Assembly (NCBI RefSeq): GCF_001194135.2
Contig: NC_069001.1
Coordinates: 32,702,190 to 32,766,189, forward strand
Length of the DNA stretch: 64,000 bases
Direction of reading: 5' to 3'
DNA from: Octopus bimaculoides
Lineage: Eukaryota
The notes under the pieces were generated by a model. That model saw only the letters and a list, made by a program, of their open reading frames with translations. It was not told the DNA's origin and searched no databases. Both the position numbers and the translations under genes were made by a program. Positions 1-12,249 of the stretch are shown here, one piece after another (the first letter of the stretch is position 1; each line of letters opens with the position of its first letter).

Positions 1-609
1 GCACAAAAAGCTCGAGAGTAGATTGATCAGAGCAGTTATGAGGGGTTCGTCACGATCGCCAGAGTTTTTCAAGTTTAACAAACCACCTAGACAACCATCA
101 GCGATTTTCCTACGATAGAAAAGTATTTTAAAACAGTCTCCATCTTTTCCACCCACGGTGAACACAACTAAGAGGAAACTGAGGATGGCTTTCCAGATTG
201 TTACAATTAGGTACGTCCTTGTACGAGTTTTTTGCAAGTTTTTCCTTAAAACCGACAGCTTTTTCAGGATATTACTTGATGGCTTTACGGCAAGATAATT
301 ATCCCACCACTGGAACGATATGAAAATTAGAGACAGTGGTAAGATTAAATTCAAATAACACAAACGGCCATCATTTACAGGGCGTACAAGAACCCAGTAG
401 AATATAATGCTCGATTGTCCAAAAATGGCCAACCAATCGAAGAGCTGGATTATAGGTTTTTGTTGCTTCTGTTCCATGACTTTAAAAACACTTGGTAAAA
501 TACCAATTCCCTCCAAAACAAGTAATGCTTGGGTTACTTCCAATTGTGGTAAGGCCAAATACGCCAGCACAAACAAACCAGTCGAATGAAAGCTTTCTAC
601 AGCCATCAC
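1..609 (-). CDS. CHS: Chitin synthase, internal exon (N-terminal multi-TM domain), truncated by the window edge
   Basis: 203 stop-free codons read by hand: VMAVESFHSTGLFVLAYLALPQLEVTQALLVLEGIG...PLSLIFISFQWWDNY...KTRTRTYLIVTIWK...EPLITALINLLSSFLC. These match metazoan CHS N-terminal motifs (ETLHTIG..LPELDV, S.GWWENY, RYFTY..SIWK). Acceptor tttctatcattttag ends at 610, phase 0. Absent from the ORF track because it has no in-window stop. Confidence 0.9.
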   Translation of the reverse strand, partial: MMAVESFHSTGLFVLAYLALPQLEVTQALLVLEGIGILPSVFKVMEQKQQKPIIQLFDWLAIFGQSSIIFYWVLVRPVNDGRLCYLNLILPLSLIFISFQWWDNYLAVKPSSNILKKLSVLRKNLQKTRTRTYLIVTIWKAILSFLLVVFTVGGKDGDCFKILFYRRKIADGCLGGLLNLKNSGDRDEPLITALINLLSSFLC

Positions 610-959
610 CTAAAATGATAGAAATATGTACAATATTATTTGAAAGAATAAGAAATATTGGTTTTAGTTTCAGCTGAACAGAAGACAACAGAAAGAAAAA
701 TTATTGAAGATCAAACAAAACAAAAATAATGGTAGCGATATGTGTTCAAATATCTAAACAAAACTTGCGATATAACGGCTTAGAAATCGGTAGCACTTCA
801 AGATATCACCATTATTCCGAATGAAACCACTCTAAGATATTACGGGTATTTCATTTAAAAAAAATTATCAAGAGCCATTATAGGCTCTCTTAGATTCACA
901 CAACTGGATGACGAATGATGTTTAAATTGAATTGCTTCAACTTAAATTTGCATGGTTGA

Positions 960-1710
960 TATTTACACTGAATTGTTAAACAGGGAAGCAGAGAACGGAG
1001 GAAATGAAAGAGTTCACCGTAGACTATGTTGATGGTGGACTGTAGGAATGTTTGAACAAAACTGCTTAGTAATTAATAAAAGGAATGCAGAGAGAGGGTT
1101 TGAATCAAACAAATGTATAACCTGGCTGTTCAGAAGAACGAAAGTTACAGCAATAGGAAAGAAAATAAGATATAACCTCACTGTAGCCACTTATACAGAA
1201 TATAATGTTAATATTTATAAGAATGAAAAAGATCTTCACCTCAAAATACAACTTAAAATTGAGGCTAGTTAACTGTTATATCATACCAGTTGCCCTTTAC
1301 TGAGCAGAAAGTTGGATAATGTACAGAGCAATGGAAAAGAAGATAAATGCTTTTGAAATGTGTGTCTTTCGTAGATTGGGTAGAATAAGTTGAAAAGATA
1401 GGACAAAAAGTGCTGTAGTACTAGAAAAGATGAAAGTTCAAAGACACTTATTGTCGAGAATCAAGTCCACTAAGCTATCGTATTTTAGACATACGATGCG
1501 TCACGAGTCGTTGCCCAAGACTACACTGACAGGAAGCGTCAAGGGGAAGAGATCAAGACGTTTCTGAACTGAATACATCAAAGAATGAACTGGAAACAAG
1601 ATCCTAGCTGATTGTGTGTATGACAGCACAACACAGAAGGAACTAGAAAGTCTTGAAAGTCTTAGCAAGCCAATACTTGAAGACAGAGAAGGCACGTAGC
1701 TGATGATGAA
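960..1710 (+). mobile_element. RTE-clade LINE, decayed 3' ORF2 fragment in a CHS intron (antisense to CHS)
   Basis: From ~1256: KLRLVNCYIIPVALY*AESWIMYRAMEKKINAFEMCVFRRLGRIS*KDRTK...YFRHTMRHESLPKTTLTGSVKGKRSR, the typical RTE C-terminus (LYGAESW, AFEM, RISW, GKRSRGR) with nonsense changes. Ends near a gatgatga tail. Confidence 0.85.
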
Positions 1711-1803
1711 TATAAAGATAACACTCCATTTTGGACAAATGGCTTGCAAAAGACCTCACCCCACCTCCGACATCAAATTGAAAATATAATAAATGTTACT
1801 CAC

Positions 1804-2203
1804 CCAAAGAAATGTATTCGTTTTTATTGGTTGAGTATTCTTAAAAATAAAACGTTGAATGAGAGATAATGAAGCTTGAATATAAGGCATGGATATACAT
1901 AAAAACAATGCCCAAATATATGTAACTTCCGTGTAGGATTTCGTGCTGTTGTTTATGATGGTGGTATTGACTAAAAGCACTTCTTTGCAGTTTTGGTTGC
2001 CGCTATGAGTCTTTATGTTTAAATGGTGGTTGATTTGAACGAGAGTCAGTTTGTTCAGAAAACCTAAGAATAGCACTAACAAGCAGAGAAGACATGTAAA
2101 AAGTAACTTAAATATGATTTTAAGATATTCTACACTGGAACTAGGTGTGGTCTCCATTTCCACATTGCGTGACTCGAAAACATCCCAAACGACAGGACAA
2201 ATT
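1804..2203 (-). CDS. CHS: Chitin synthase exon (WDVF motif and first TM helices)
   Basis: ICPVVWDVFESRNVE...YLKIIFKLLFTCLLCLLVLFLG...VTYIWALFLCISMPY...RFIFKNTQPIKTNTFLW matches the CHS pattern WDVF...LKV.AY...AWIWAL...P...R.CFFK. Acceptor tttcag (2204), donor gtgagt (1803). 400 nt, phase 2 in, phase 0 out, joins the 609 exon in frame. Confidence 0.9.
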
Positions 2204-2309
2204 CTGAAACGAGAAATTACAAGATTAACAATAAGGGACCACAGATATAAAAGCACATAGTTCCACGGTGGGTCCCTAGTGGAAGTATATGTTTATGTAG
2301 AATATAAAA

Positions 2310-2690
2310 GGCGTGGCTATGTGGTAAGAAGCTCACTTCCCAATCACTTGGTCTTGGGTTCAGTGTTGCGTGACACATTGGGCAAGTATCTTCTACTATA
2401 GCCTCGGATCGACCAAGGCCTTGTGAGTGGATTTGGTTGACGGAAACTGAAAGAAGCCCGTCGTGTGTGTGTGTGTATGTATGGGGGATGTCTGTGTCTC
2501 TCGCCATCGCTTTACAACCGATGTTTGTGTGTTTACATTCCCGTAACTTGGCGGTTCGGCAAAAGAGAAGACCAGTAAAATAAATTACAGTCTTAAGAAA
2601 GAAAGAAAAAAAACTACTGAGGTCGATTCACTCGTCTAAAGATTCTTCAAGCCAGTGCCCTAGCATGGCCGCAGTGTAATGACTGAAACT
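2310..2690 (+). mobile_element. tRNA-derived SINE, family A (internal microsatellite), CpG-intact copy
   Basis: A/B-box-like head (tggctatgtggt / ggttcagtg), core ttgggcaagtatcttctactatagcc, body gtgagtggatttgg...cggaaactgaaagaagcccgtcg, tail gcatggccgcagt...gactgaaac. About 20 related copies occur across the window. Confidence 0.85.
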
Positions 2691-2921
2691 TTAGCGGAAT
2701 CGAGTCTGCCTCAAGCAATCAGACCAGATTTCCGATTTAAGGATAACTAATCAGTTTTAGAGGCCCTGAAAACGTCGTGGGCTCTGCACCTTTCTGCCCC
2801 TTACAATACAATTTAANNNNNNNNNNNNNNNNNNNNNNNNNNNNNNNTTCTGTGATGTGTTTTGAAGTAATCTAAATTTAGGTTTTCCATAAAAGTTTCA
2901 TGTTAATCTTTACTTCAAACA

Positions 2922-3137
2922 AGGTGGTGAGATGGCAGAATCGTTAGGACGCCAGACAAAATGCTTAGCAGCATTTCGTCCGTCTTTACGTTCTGAGTTC
3001 AAATTCTGCCGAGGTCGACTTCGCTTTTTATTCTTTCGAGGTCGATAAAATAAGTAACAGAAGAGCACTAGTGTCGATGTAATCGATATAGCTTCTCCCT
3101 CGGAATTGCTGACCCTGTACCAAAATTTGAATTCAAT
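2922..3137 (+). mobile_element. tRNA-derived SINE, family B
   Basis: ggcagaatcgttagg...aaaatgcttagc...gttctgagttcaaattctgccgaggtcgact...gataaaataagt. Related copies at ~6925-7130(-), 7520-7715, 15650-15900, 16390-16600(-), 17490-17640, 29260-29650(-), 49310-49520 and 55450-55610. Confidence 0.8.
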
Positions 3138-3174
3138 ATATACTTCAAGACCCAGCTTAATAAAAACATTACTA

Positions 3175-3574
3175 TACAGGGTGGCCCAAAAGTAGGTTTA
3201 CAGTTATTCAACTATCTCTTTCGCATTCATATATTAACAGTTTAGATCTTAATTATAAAAAAATATGAAACCATTACTCAGCAAGATGGAGCACCTCCAC
3301 ATAATGCGTTGACAGTACGAGACTACCTTAACCAAGCCTTTCCACAGCGTTGGTTTGGAAGACAGGGCAGTATCGAATGGCCACCGCGTTCACCTGACCT
3401 GACACCAATGGATTTCTTTTTGGGGGATGTTGTAACGAACAAGGTTTATGAGAAGAATCCTAAAACAGTAAATGAATTAAAAGATTACATTTCTGGCGTA
3501 TTCACTGAAATTGATGGAGATCGGAATTTGTGCTGCACTGTGTCAGAGTATTCTGAAGAGGTTTGAAGAATATT
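3175..3574 (+). mobile_element. Tc1/mariner transposon, internally deleted remnant
   Basis: TA followed by CAGGGTGGCCC terminus at 3175-3187, then the transposase C-terminal segment QQDGAPPH...WPPRSPDLTPMDFF...KVYEKNPKTVNELK. The right end is lost in the N gap. Confidence 0.9.
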
Positions 3575-3972
3575 NNNNNNNNNNNNNNNNNNNNNNNNNN
3601 NNNNNNNNNNNNNNNNNNNNNNNNNNNNNNNNNNNNNNNNNNNNNNNNNNNNNNNNNNNNNNNNNNNNNNNNNNNNNNNNNNNNNNNNNNNNNNNNNNNN
3701 NNNNNNNNNNNNNNNNNNNNNNNNNNNNNNNNNNNNNNNNNNNNNNNNNNNNNNNNNNNNNNNNNNNNNNNNNNNNNNNNNNNNNNNNNNNNNNNNNNNN
3801 NNNNNNNNNNNNNNNNNNNNNNNNNNNNNNNNNNNNNNNNNNNNNNNNNNNNNNNNNNNNNNNNNNNNNNNNNNNNNNNNNNNNNNNNNNNNNNNNAGGA
3901 TTTTGGGTCGGGGTGAAACTCAAAGGCATACAACAACAGTCTGTGCAATGAAAATAAAGATTTTTCCCTTAC

Positions 3973-4121
3973 GATTGATCGGTTGATTTGGAAAACATTG
4001 ATTGATTATCGTCAAACAAAGAACTGTTCGATATATTTAGATGTTTGCCTTCTTTATTATAGCAATAGCTGGCAGCATTGACCACCACTGGATCGAGTTC
4101 TGCTGGATCGTAACAAGCCAT
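3973..4121 (-). CDS. CHS: Chitin synthase, putative first coding exon
   Basis: MACYDPAELDPVVVNAASYCYNKEGKHLNISNSSLFDDNQSMFSKSTDQ plus TC: 149 nt ending at a gtaagg donor in phase 2, exactly matching the phase-2 acceptor at 2203. An acceptor ttttcattgtag lies 13 nt upstream of the ATG (exon starts 4134). Confidence 0.72.
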
Positions 4122-5829
4122 TTTACTTCCATTCCTACAATGAAAAGAAATTAAGGATGCAACTTCAGTGTGCTGTCTACCAAGCTATTTATACTTTAGC
4201 ATGCAGTTTAACCCTAACCTAGATCTGGATTTTTCGCAGCACAGACTACCGATAAAATAGTGTTTAATTAAGATAGACACGCTTAAAGAAAAACACATGC
4301 ACAAATTCTACATTCTGTTGTGTTCTTTCTTCGAAAGTACGTTCACACTTCACTGAGTACCAATACATAAAACTCTTATCCAACACGCTCTGGTTGAGGG
4401 TTTTGTTTTCATATATATAATTTTTTTTTAAAAAGCTGAACCAATGCCTTCACAGATTACAAAACAAATCTCTATAGGGTCTTTTTCTAAATGATTAAAA
4501 AAATTTGGAAAGTGATAGGCTTCCTTAAGACATTTCCGAATGTTCCAGTTGTGTACTTGAATAGTCATCTACAAATATCTACATGTTTCCCCTCTATCAG
4601 TGCAAACCGTTTATGTTCGACAATGTAATACAAATGTCGTTAGATCTTGCCTCCTCCGCATCTCTGCGCTGTCTATGATTTAGAACAATTTTGATTTAGA
4701 GCAATTGACGTGGCTTTGACTTCTAGAGAATTCAAAGATAACAGTACGAATTAAATCGACAATGTTATAAAAAATATGCGTTTTAAAAATAAGTGCTTTA
4801 AATACAAATGTGCTGAAAAAAATCTGGTTTTTTTTCCCGGAAAATTAAACGATCTGAATTAAAAGAAATAATCAAATTGTAAACTTTGAAACAAATCCTC
4901 TATTTTTCAACGTATTTTAACTGTGAGAATTTATGTTATTTGCGGTTTTTAAAATACAGGTTCGTAAAGATATTTCACTATTTTAGAAGACTATAATTAT
5001 AGATTCTAACACCGTATTATTATTATCAAAAACAGGTGTATACTTACACGTAGCATTACCAGACTAAAGATTATTAGAAATAAGTAAAAAATGTCAAAAT
5101 GGGAATAAAAATATAATTAATATTCTAATTAATTTATTTTGACCAATCAAATGTGTGATAATGAGAACATGAAGTTATTCCAAGATGAGATTATTATTAT
5201 TCAAGAGCAATATTTGTTTAATGAGAAGAACGGTAGCATTCCTATTTTCCGAACTCTTTTGAATGAGGAATTATTTCTCGCTATTTTCAAAATGTTTTCT
5301 TATTTCGAAGCATTGTTAAACAATTACTTTTACGATGTCTCGTCATTCAAAACGTAAACTTAGAACTTTATCTCCTAACAAAGGAAAATTTATTAACAGT
5401 TATTAATAGAGTAAAACTACAAAATCTGGACTGTAAAATTCAACTCAATTTCCCGTCTGGTAGGTTTTTAATTCGTAATCATTATTGAGATTTTAATTTT
5501 CCTAATTTTATTTAAAAAACTTCACCAGATCGTGGTTTCGATTCCTGGGCCGGGTGATTCATGGTGTTTTTGAGCAAGATGCTTCATTTTCCATTGCTCA
5601 AGTCCACTCAGCTGTAAATGGATCACCCTGCTGCAGAGAAACTGTGATTTCGGTTGGCCCGAAGCTATAGTAGAAGACATTTGTCCGAGGTGCCACGCCG
5701 TGGGAAAGCAAGATTCTTACCACATATCCACGTCTGCGCCTGAACAGTTATAACATTTTCAATTACAGAATCGCGAAATCAGAAATAGCGTTTGACAACT
5801 ATTAGAAACCTGGAATACTACTCAACAAA

Positions 5830-6111
5830 GCAGTTCCCAAAGTGGATGGTATTGATCCCCTGGGGGCGGTGGTAAGCTCCAAGGCGGCGTTGAAGAAAGG
5901 TGAGGTGATAATTGGGTAGCGATTCATGTAAAAACAAAATAATGTGTTCATTATGTTAAGTTTTACTTGTGAAATACAGTTGCTTTGAATTTACTTCAGA
6001 AAGAGGTCTATGTTTGTGATGGTTAGTTGTTGTTGGTGGTGGTAGGGTGTTAGGAATGTGGCCTGGGTGTTAAGTGGGGTGGCAGCCCGAAAAAGTTGGG
6101 GAACCACTGTG
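5830..6111. mobile_element. hAT-like non-autonomous element (degenerate)
   Basis: Left end gcagttcccaaagtgg...cccctgggggcggtgg and right end aagttggggaaccactg resemble CAGTGGTTCCCAA-type TIRs. No clear 8-bp TSD. Confidence 0.45.
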
Positions 6112-9100
6112 TTATAAGATTTAGCGACCAGAGACAACCAATCATTCGGTAAGAAAACCGCTCCTACTTTAATCCTTTGCCTGTCGTTTGTACCACATTT
6201 GGTACATAGGACATATTTATTTCCTTGGCATCCATGCGTCGTATGTGCTACACATCCCCGATGTTTTTTCAATCGTTGGAGTAAGTTGAAACTTATGAAA
6301 GGAAAGCTTTTTGTTACTCAGAACGTATGAAACGAGGGTTAACAAAAGGTCCGAAAACACGCATGGACGTTTAGGTCAAATCTAGCAAAATGTTTTGGAC
6401 AGGCAGAGCATTAACACTGAAAATACTGCGAACGAGAGAGAGAGAGAAAGAGAGAGTCACCTTATGTGGTCACTCGACCTTTTAGAAAAAGCAGCCGAAT
6501 ATTCCTAAAATATCATCCTCATGTCTTGAAAAAGAAAAGACACATTATAATATACAGAAATTCTGGGAAAAAAAGAGTAAAGACCAGACACAACCGTCCA
6601 GTGTTGGGCGTATATGAAGAATCATATCTGAAAGGTTTGGACGATGGGGTTCCTCGTTTATCCCAAGAAGTCCTCCTGTGTCACTATGTTCCCCGCTTCT
6701 TTTTTTACTGTTGTATATTATGTACTCTTTCCTCCTTTGTTTTATTGTATACCGTGTATAGTTTCAATTTTTTTTTTGTCATTTCATAATATGTAATGAA
6801 ATGTCTTTGTATTGTTCTCCTCATCCTTCGTCTTGGTTGCAAATAAAAGAAACCATTATTATTATTATTATTATTATTGTTGTTGTTGTTGTTGTTGTTG
6901 TTAAAAATAATGGTTTGAAATTTTGACAAAAGGCCAGCAATTGCGTGGGTGGGGTGGAGTCGATCACATCGACTTCAGAGCTCTACTGGTACGTTATTTT
7001 AAGGAAGCCGAAAGGATGAAAGGTAAAATCCATCTTAAAGGGGATTTGAGATCAGAACCTAAAGGTTCGGAAGAAAATCAACGTAGCATTTTGTCCGACG
7101 CTCTTAACAATCCTATCAGCCTGCACCCTTAATCGTTTCAAATTTTGGCACAAAGCTTGCAAATTTAGGGGATGGAGATAAGTTAATTTGAAGCCCTCAT
7201 CGCCACATCATCGTAATCTGCATTATCTAAAATGTAATTCTAGAAAATTTCATTAAAAAATATGCATTTTTTAAGAAACCTATGGCGCAACGAAGTCGGA
7301 GGAAGAGAGAGAGAGATACTTCTTTAGTTTTACTGCTTATTTATATCCTGCTCCGGGATTGATTGATTTTTACTTGATAATAAGTTTTGAACACTGCAAT
7401 GCACAGTGGCGTAGTGAAGGGATGGGCAAACTGCACGTTCCACCATTGGTTGAACAAATGTCGTGCACAAACGCAGTCTTTATGTTTCTAATGAATGATA
7501 ATTTATGCTTGATGGCAATAGTTTGTTCCACGCTGGGCAAATGCTTAGCGGCATTTCGTCCGTTTTTACGTTTTGAGTTCAAATTCCGCCGGGGTCGATG
7601 TTGTCTTTCATCCTGTCGAGGTTCATAAAATTATACCAGTTGAACTCAGGGGTCGATGAAATCAACTTACCCTTCCCTACAAACTGCTGGCCTTGTGCCA
7701 AAATGTAAAGCTAATATTTTACTTTATAAACGGCTCAGTTTGTTCCTTTCATAGGAATGATCTTTTTTCGTCGTTTTGGCTCCAATCTAGTGCTGAACGA
7801 GTAGACATATACTCAAAGATAGTTTGTCACTTTTTAGACGTACTGTACATAAAATCACATCCACCAAATTGTGTGTGTGTGTGTGTGTGTGTTTAAAGAC
7901 CGTGCAATTTGAGGGAGATTTAGTTGTTATTTCTCACAAGTCAAGTAATAGCACAAAGGCGCCCCTCAGTTCAAGTTCGTAATTTTGATGTCAGCATTAG
8001 TACTGTTAAGAGTAATCTCCCTTCTTCCATGGATTCTATTGCATTATTTTGAAATGAGTCAGAGTTCAGTTACTTTCTCGTTGTTGTTTAACCCCAAGCT
8101 AATCTTCATTGAACAGACGTATAATTAAAGGCGTACCAGCCTAGAACATTCTGCCTTTTATTTTTTCAATTACATTATCCAATATATTATCAAGAAGACG
8201 ATAGGGTGTGACTTGACTGTTATTTAGCAGCTATTTCTCGCAGATCGAGCGATACATTGTCCCGTTGTATTTTCAGCTTCCATCCAGCAGACCGATGATC
8301 AAAATAACTCCAACAGTGAGCCTCTCCTTTTTAGGGCATAGTATATCTATGATTCCTTCGCTCGTTCTGTAACCTGAGTTAGAGCTGCGTTGCCGAGTGA
8401 TATTCAAGAGATTGCAAAAGGCCACTCGGAAGTCCTCCATGACGATGCGAAGACGATTTAGTTAAACGATTTGGACCAAGATGGAACAGAGAAGCGTAAT
8501 CAAGTGAGAATTGGAAGTGCATTACAATCACTTGTGTGTAACTACATCGGAAAGTCTGGTCGATTCAGTGTTGTTGGTGATTGCAATATCCAATGTGTCC
8601 TGTTATTATGGCTTCAAGCTAAAACTGGAACTTGCTCGTGAAATCATCCAGCGCAGTATATATAGTGTTCGCTTTGAGGAATATATTAGTTTGCTGTGGG
8701 GAGGAGAATTCACATGTTTCGAGCAGTTTTGAGGGAGGGAGGAGGAAAGTGAGAGAGATGTTTACTATAGGCGCGAGGCACAGAAGTTTGGTTAAGATAT
8801 CCACTTTGCAACTACATGGTTTTGGGTTCAATCCTATTACGCGGCATCTAGGGTAAATGTCTTCTACTATAGCCCCGGGCCGATATATATATATATTATC
8901 TAAAGTGTGCAGTATTATATATCTACCACGACTGATCTTACCAATCGTTACGCTTCGGATAATGTACCCACTCTATTGACAGAGATACGAGGGTATCTTT
9001 TTCCTGACCTATGGACTTTTAGACGCTTTAAGCACGTTATATATATATATATATATATATAAATTTTATATATATATGTATATAGTTGTGTGTATTTGTG

Positions 9101-10089
9101 TTTGTTCCCACCATCACTCATCTCTTGAACCTGCGTTTGTTTGTTTCCGTCCCCGTAACTTAATGGTTCAGCAAAAGAAACCGAAAGAATAAGTATTAGA
9201 CTTAAAGACTTTTGTCATTGGACAGGGGTTGAATTGTTCCACTAAATCCTTCAAGGCAACATTGTTGCAGTCCAATGACTGAACCAAATAAATGATAAAG
9301 AGATACTTGACTGGTTATTTTATTTGTATTCAAGAATAAAAGTTCATAAAATCGTCCCCAGAATTTGAAATTAGAGTGTAAGGGGACGTAACCTAATACT
9401 GCAATAGATTTTACCATAACGATTTCTGTTATTTGTCATAAAGGTTCAATGTATTGGAGAGAAGGCAATAACAATAATGATACTTTACATTCATACATTT
9501 ATAAAAGAAGACGATAACTGATTTACAAGACAACCAGTATAGTTCTGATCCTTAATTTATCGATCCTAGTGAGAAAAGTGCAGGGCTTACGCCGTCGGTA
9601 TTGGGAAGGGGCGTAACTCAACTCTGTCCGAGATACTGCAGATTCTGTTTACTCCCGCCTTAATATATTGATTTTTAATACTAGCCTAGGGTGATACATT
9701 TTGCGAGTAGGATAAAGTCGAGTAAATCTATTCCAGCACTTGACTGATATTGTATTTTATCGACTCCAGAAATATGTAAGGATTTCGGCTGGATATGAAC
9801 TCAATCCATAAGGGGACGTAACTAAATCCTTCAAGGTATTTTGGCCGACATGGAAAAGATTTTGATAACCCACTATTTTTTATAAGTCAATGATGATTCT
9901 GTTATTTGCCACAAGGTCGAAGAATGAGAAGAAATTATCAGGGCAAAATATTTAAATGGTGAAGATTCAAAATCAATTTGGAAAGGGGAAAATAAAATGT
10001 GAAAAAACAGGAATGGAGTGAGACGTTCGATCAGGGCGACAGTCATTTAGGGTCAGTCAAAGAAAACTACAACCACAGGTCCAGACATA

Positions 10090-10560
10090 CCTTGATTAGC
10101 AAGGGTAACTCAGTAGTGTACTCCAGCTTACAAGCGCATATGAAAGTAGGTCCAGTCCATTTATGTGGTCCATTCCCGCTGCTCTCACCCACCTTTCCGT
10201 AAATATTCCGTGGAGCTGTACCTTCCTTTTCACATTCTTCTTCTCCAAACAGAGATTGAAGAAGTAGGTGAAGGCTTGACTAAAGAGAAATGCGTCAATG
10301 TGTCTGTCCTCTATCCGCCCAATCTCTTTTGTCATAGCCACAAGACAGTGGAAAGCTATCTGCGCTTCTCGGCCAAAGGAAGACGATGGAGTGATCAGCA
10401 CAATGGACAAAGTTAACTACTGCATCCGTCATAGACGCGACAGTTACTGTTCGATATAACACCATAGGCAGTAGTGCTCTGGCACTGACGAGTGTTAGCC
10501 TAGGAATTTCAGGAACTTGCCCACATTCCCCAGGCTCTGATGTCCAATTTAGACATAACG
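10090..10560 (-). mobile_element. L1/Tx1-like LINE, decayed 3' end
   Basis: The minus-strand ORF SIVLITPSSSFGREAQIAFHCLVAMTKE...FTERWVRAAGM resembles Tx1-type ORF2 C-termini, preceded by a degraded Cys/His knuckle-like stretch. Recognised from memory only. Confidence 0.5.
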
Positions 10561-11974
10561 CCAGAAATTTAAGATCAGAGCTAGTGTAGATTAAAACGTC
10601 ATGAGAACTTTTTCTCTTGAGCCCTGTGACTCAGAAGGCGGAAACTTAATCCGATTTCTTTGGCACAAAAGTAGCTGAGATTACAACACTCCCCGCCACC
10701 CCGGATGGACCGTTAGTCTGCAGTGTTAACTTCCCAGCTATTACTGGAACTCAGAGTGGAGTGAAGCAACGTGAAATGAAATGTTTTGCTCAAGAACACA
10801 ACACACCATCAGGTGCAGGAATCGAGCAAATCAGTACAGTTGTTTTTGTTAGGTCATGATTAGGGTACTATTTGTACGAGTTGGGTTCAACGGTTCAACG
10901 GTCTCTGAGTTACTGAAGAATAGCGGCATATCTTCTCTGACAAGGGATAATTATCCCAAAACGAGTCTATCAGAGAATTCCTTATTAATTTCAGTTTATT
11001 GAAAGAACAATGGGATGGTTTCATATCGCCTGCAATCTTCATAACGAAAGTTTCCAAATAAATAGCTAGATTTATCTTCATTACAAATGTTTCAGATATT
11101 CTAAATTATGCTGAGTTATATAGTAGACTCCAGAGGGTACACCAGAAGGCGCGACGCGCTACCAAAAGATTTGGGCATGGTAGATTAGTTTCAGAAACAT
11201 GGATATTTCTCAATGAAAATTTCACCAAATACCTTTTAGATGGTATAGATTATGATTATATCGGAATTTAATGCGAAAAAAATTTTCAGAGGAGAGGAGT
11301 TTCAGATAATTTACATAAGTCGACTTTGCTTCCTCAAAACTTTCAGAAAATATGGACATTTTTCAATGAAGTTTTCTACAAGTAGCTTTTGGTCAATGTT
11401 GATTACGATTATATCGGAAATTAAAGCGGAAAAAAAAAATGTTGGGCGTGCATACATACATATTGAAATATCATACAAACTTTTTCCAAATTTCAATTTG
11501 GTTGTATATTTGTGATGTGTTAGTATGTATGAGTGAGCGTCACACCCAAATTTTAATTATTATTATTATTATTATTTATCTATTTATATATTCATTTATT
11601 TTTTTCTTTGTAACTTAAACCCAACATAATCGCAGTCTACACCTTCCGAAAAGTATCAGTTGAAAATTTCACCCAAAACTAATCTCTTTTCTTTTCTTTT
11701 CTTCTTTCTTTCGAAAAGTTACCCGGAAACAAAGTCGGAGGTGGGGGTGAGTGACACACTTGTGTAGGTGTGCCGAATTAATGAGATATAATTTATTTTA
11801 AATTAATTTGCTTCGCCAATTACATATCATAGAATTTTAAAAACTGTTATATGCTACCGTTATTATTATCATAAGTAAAAAAAACAAAAAAAACTCACAA
11901 AATAATATATATTTGAGAGAGAGAGAGTGGCGTGTAAAAATTTCGTTTCGTCATTTTTTGCTACGTGCTTTTCT

Positions 11975-12190
11975 GTCTCTCTTCCGCGTTTCGGTTTCGT
12001 TTGTGAAGTAACTACTGAAATTTTGATGTAACCACAATGGCATCACTTCCGTTTCCCCTCAGCCAGTTTCAAAGCTTCTATTATTATCTGGAAAAATGTT
12101 CCTTTTGTTTAGATTTCTTGGAAATATTTGGGTTGTTGTGTAATATGTCTAAAAGTGGCATTAGACAACTGGAAAGACTCCCAGGTAAAC
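11975..12190 (+). promoter_or_regulatory. Putative MCRS1 promoter and non-coding first exon
   Basis: Two ETS cores (cttccg 11981, cacttccg 12044), a YY1-like caatggc (12035), local CpG enrichment and a CAG|gtaaac donor at 12184/12185. CpG depletion starts a few kb downstream. Confidence 0.4.
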
Positions 12191-12249
12191 TATGAAATCT
12201 ATGTTGTTTATTAGCCAATGTGATGTGACTTCAAAAAAACACACAATGC

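Noticed and set aside
1501-1749. 82-aa hydrophobic minus-strand ORF as a possible extra CHS exon
   Set aside because: It is the antisense reading of the RTE remnant, and the flanking CHS exons already join in frame.
3502-3951. ORFs containing X runs, here and at all other gaps
   Set aside because: Their length comes from N gaps, which contain no stop codons.
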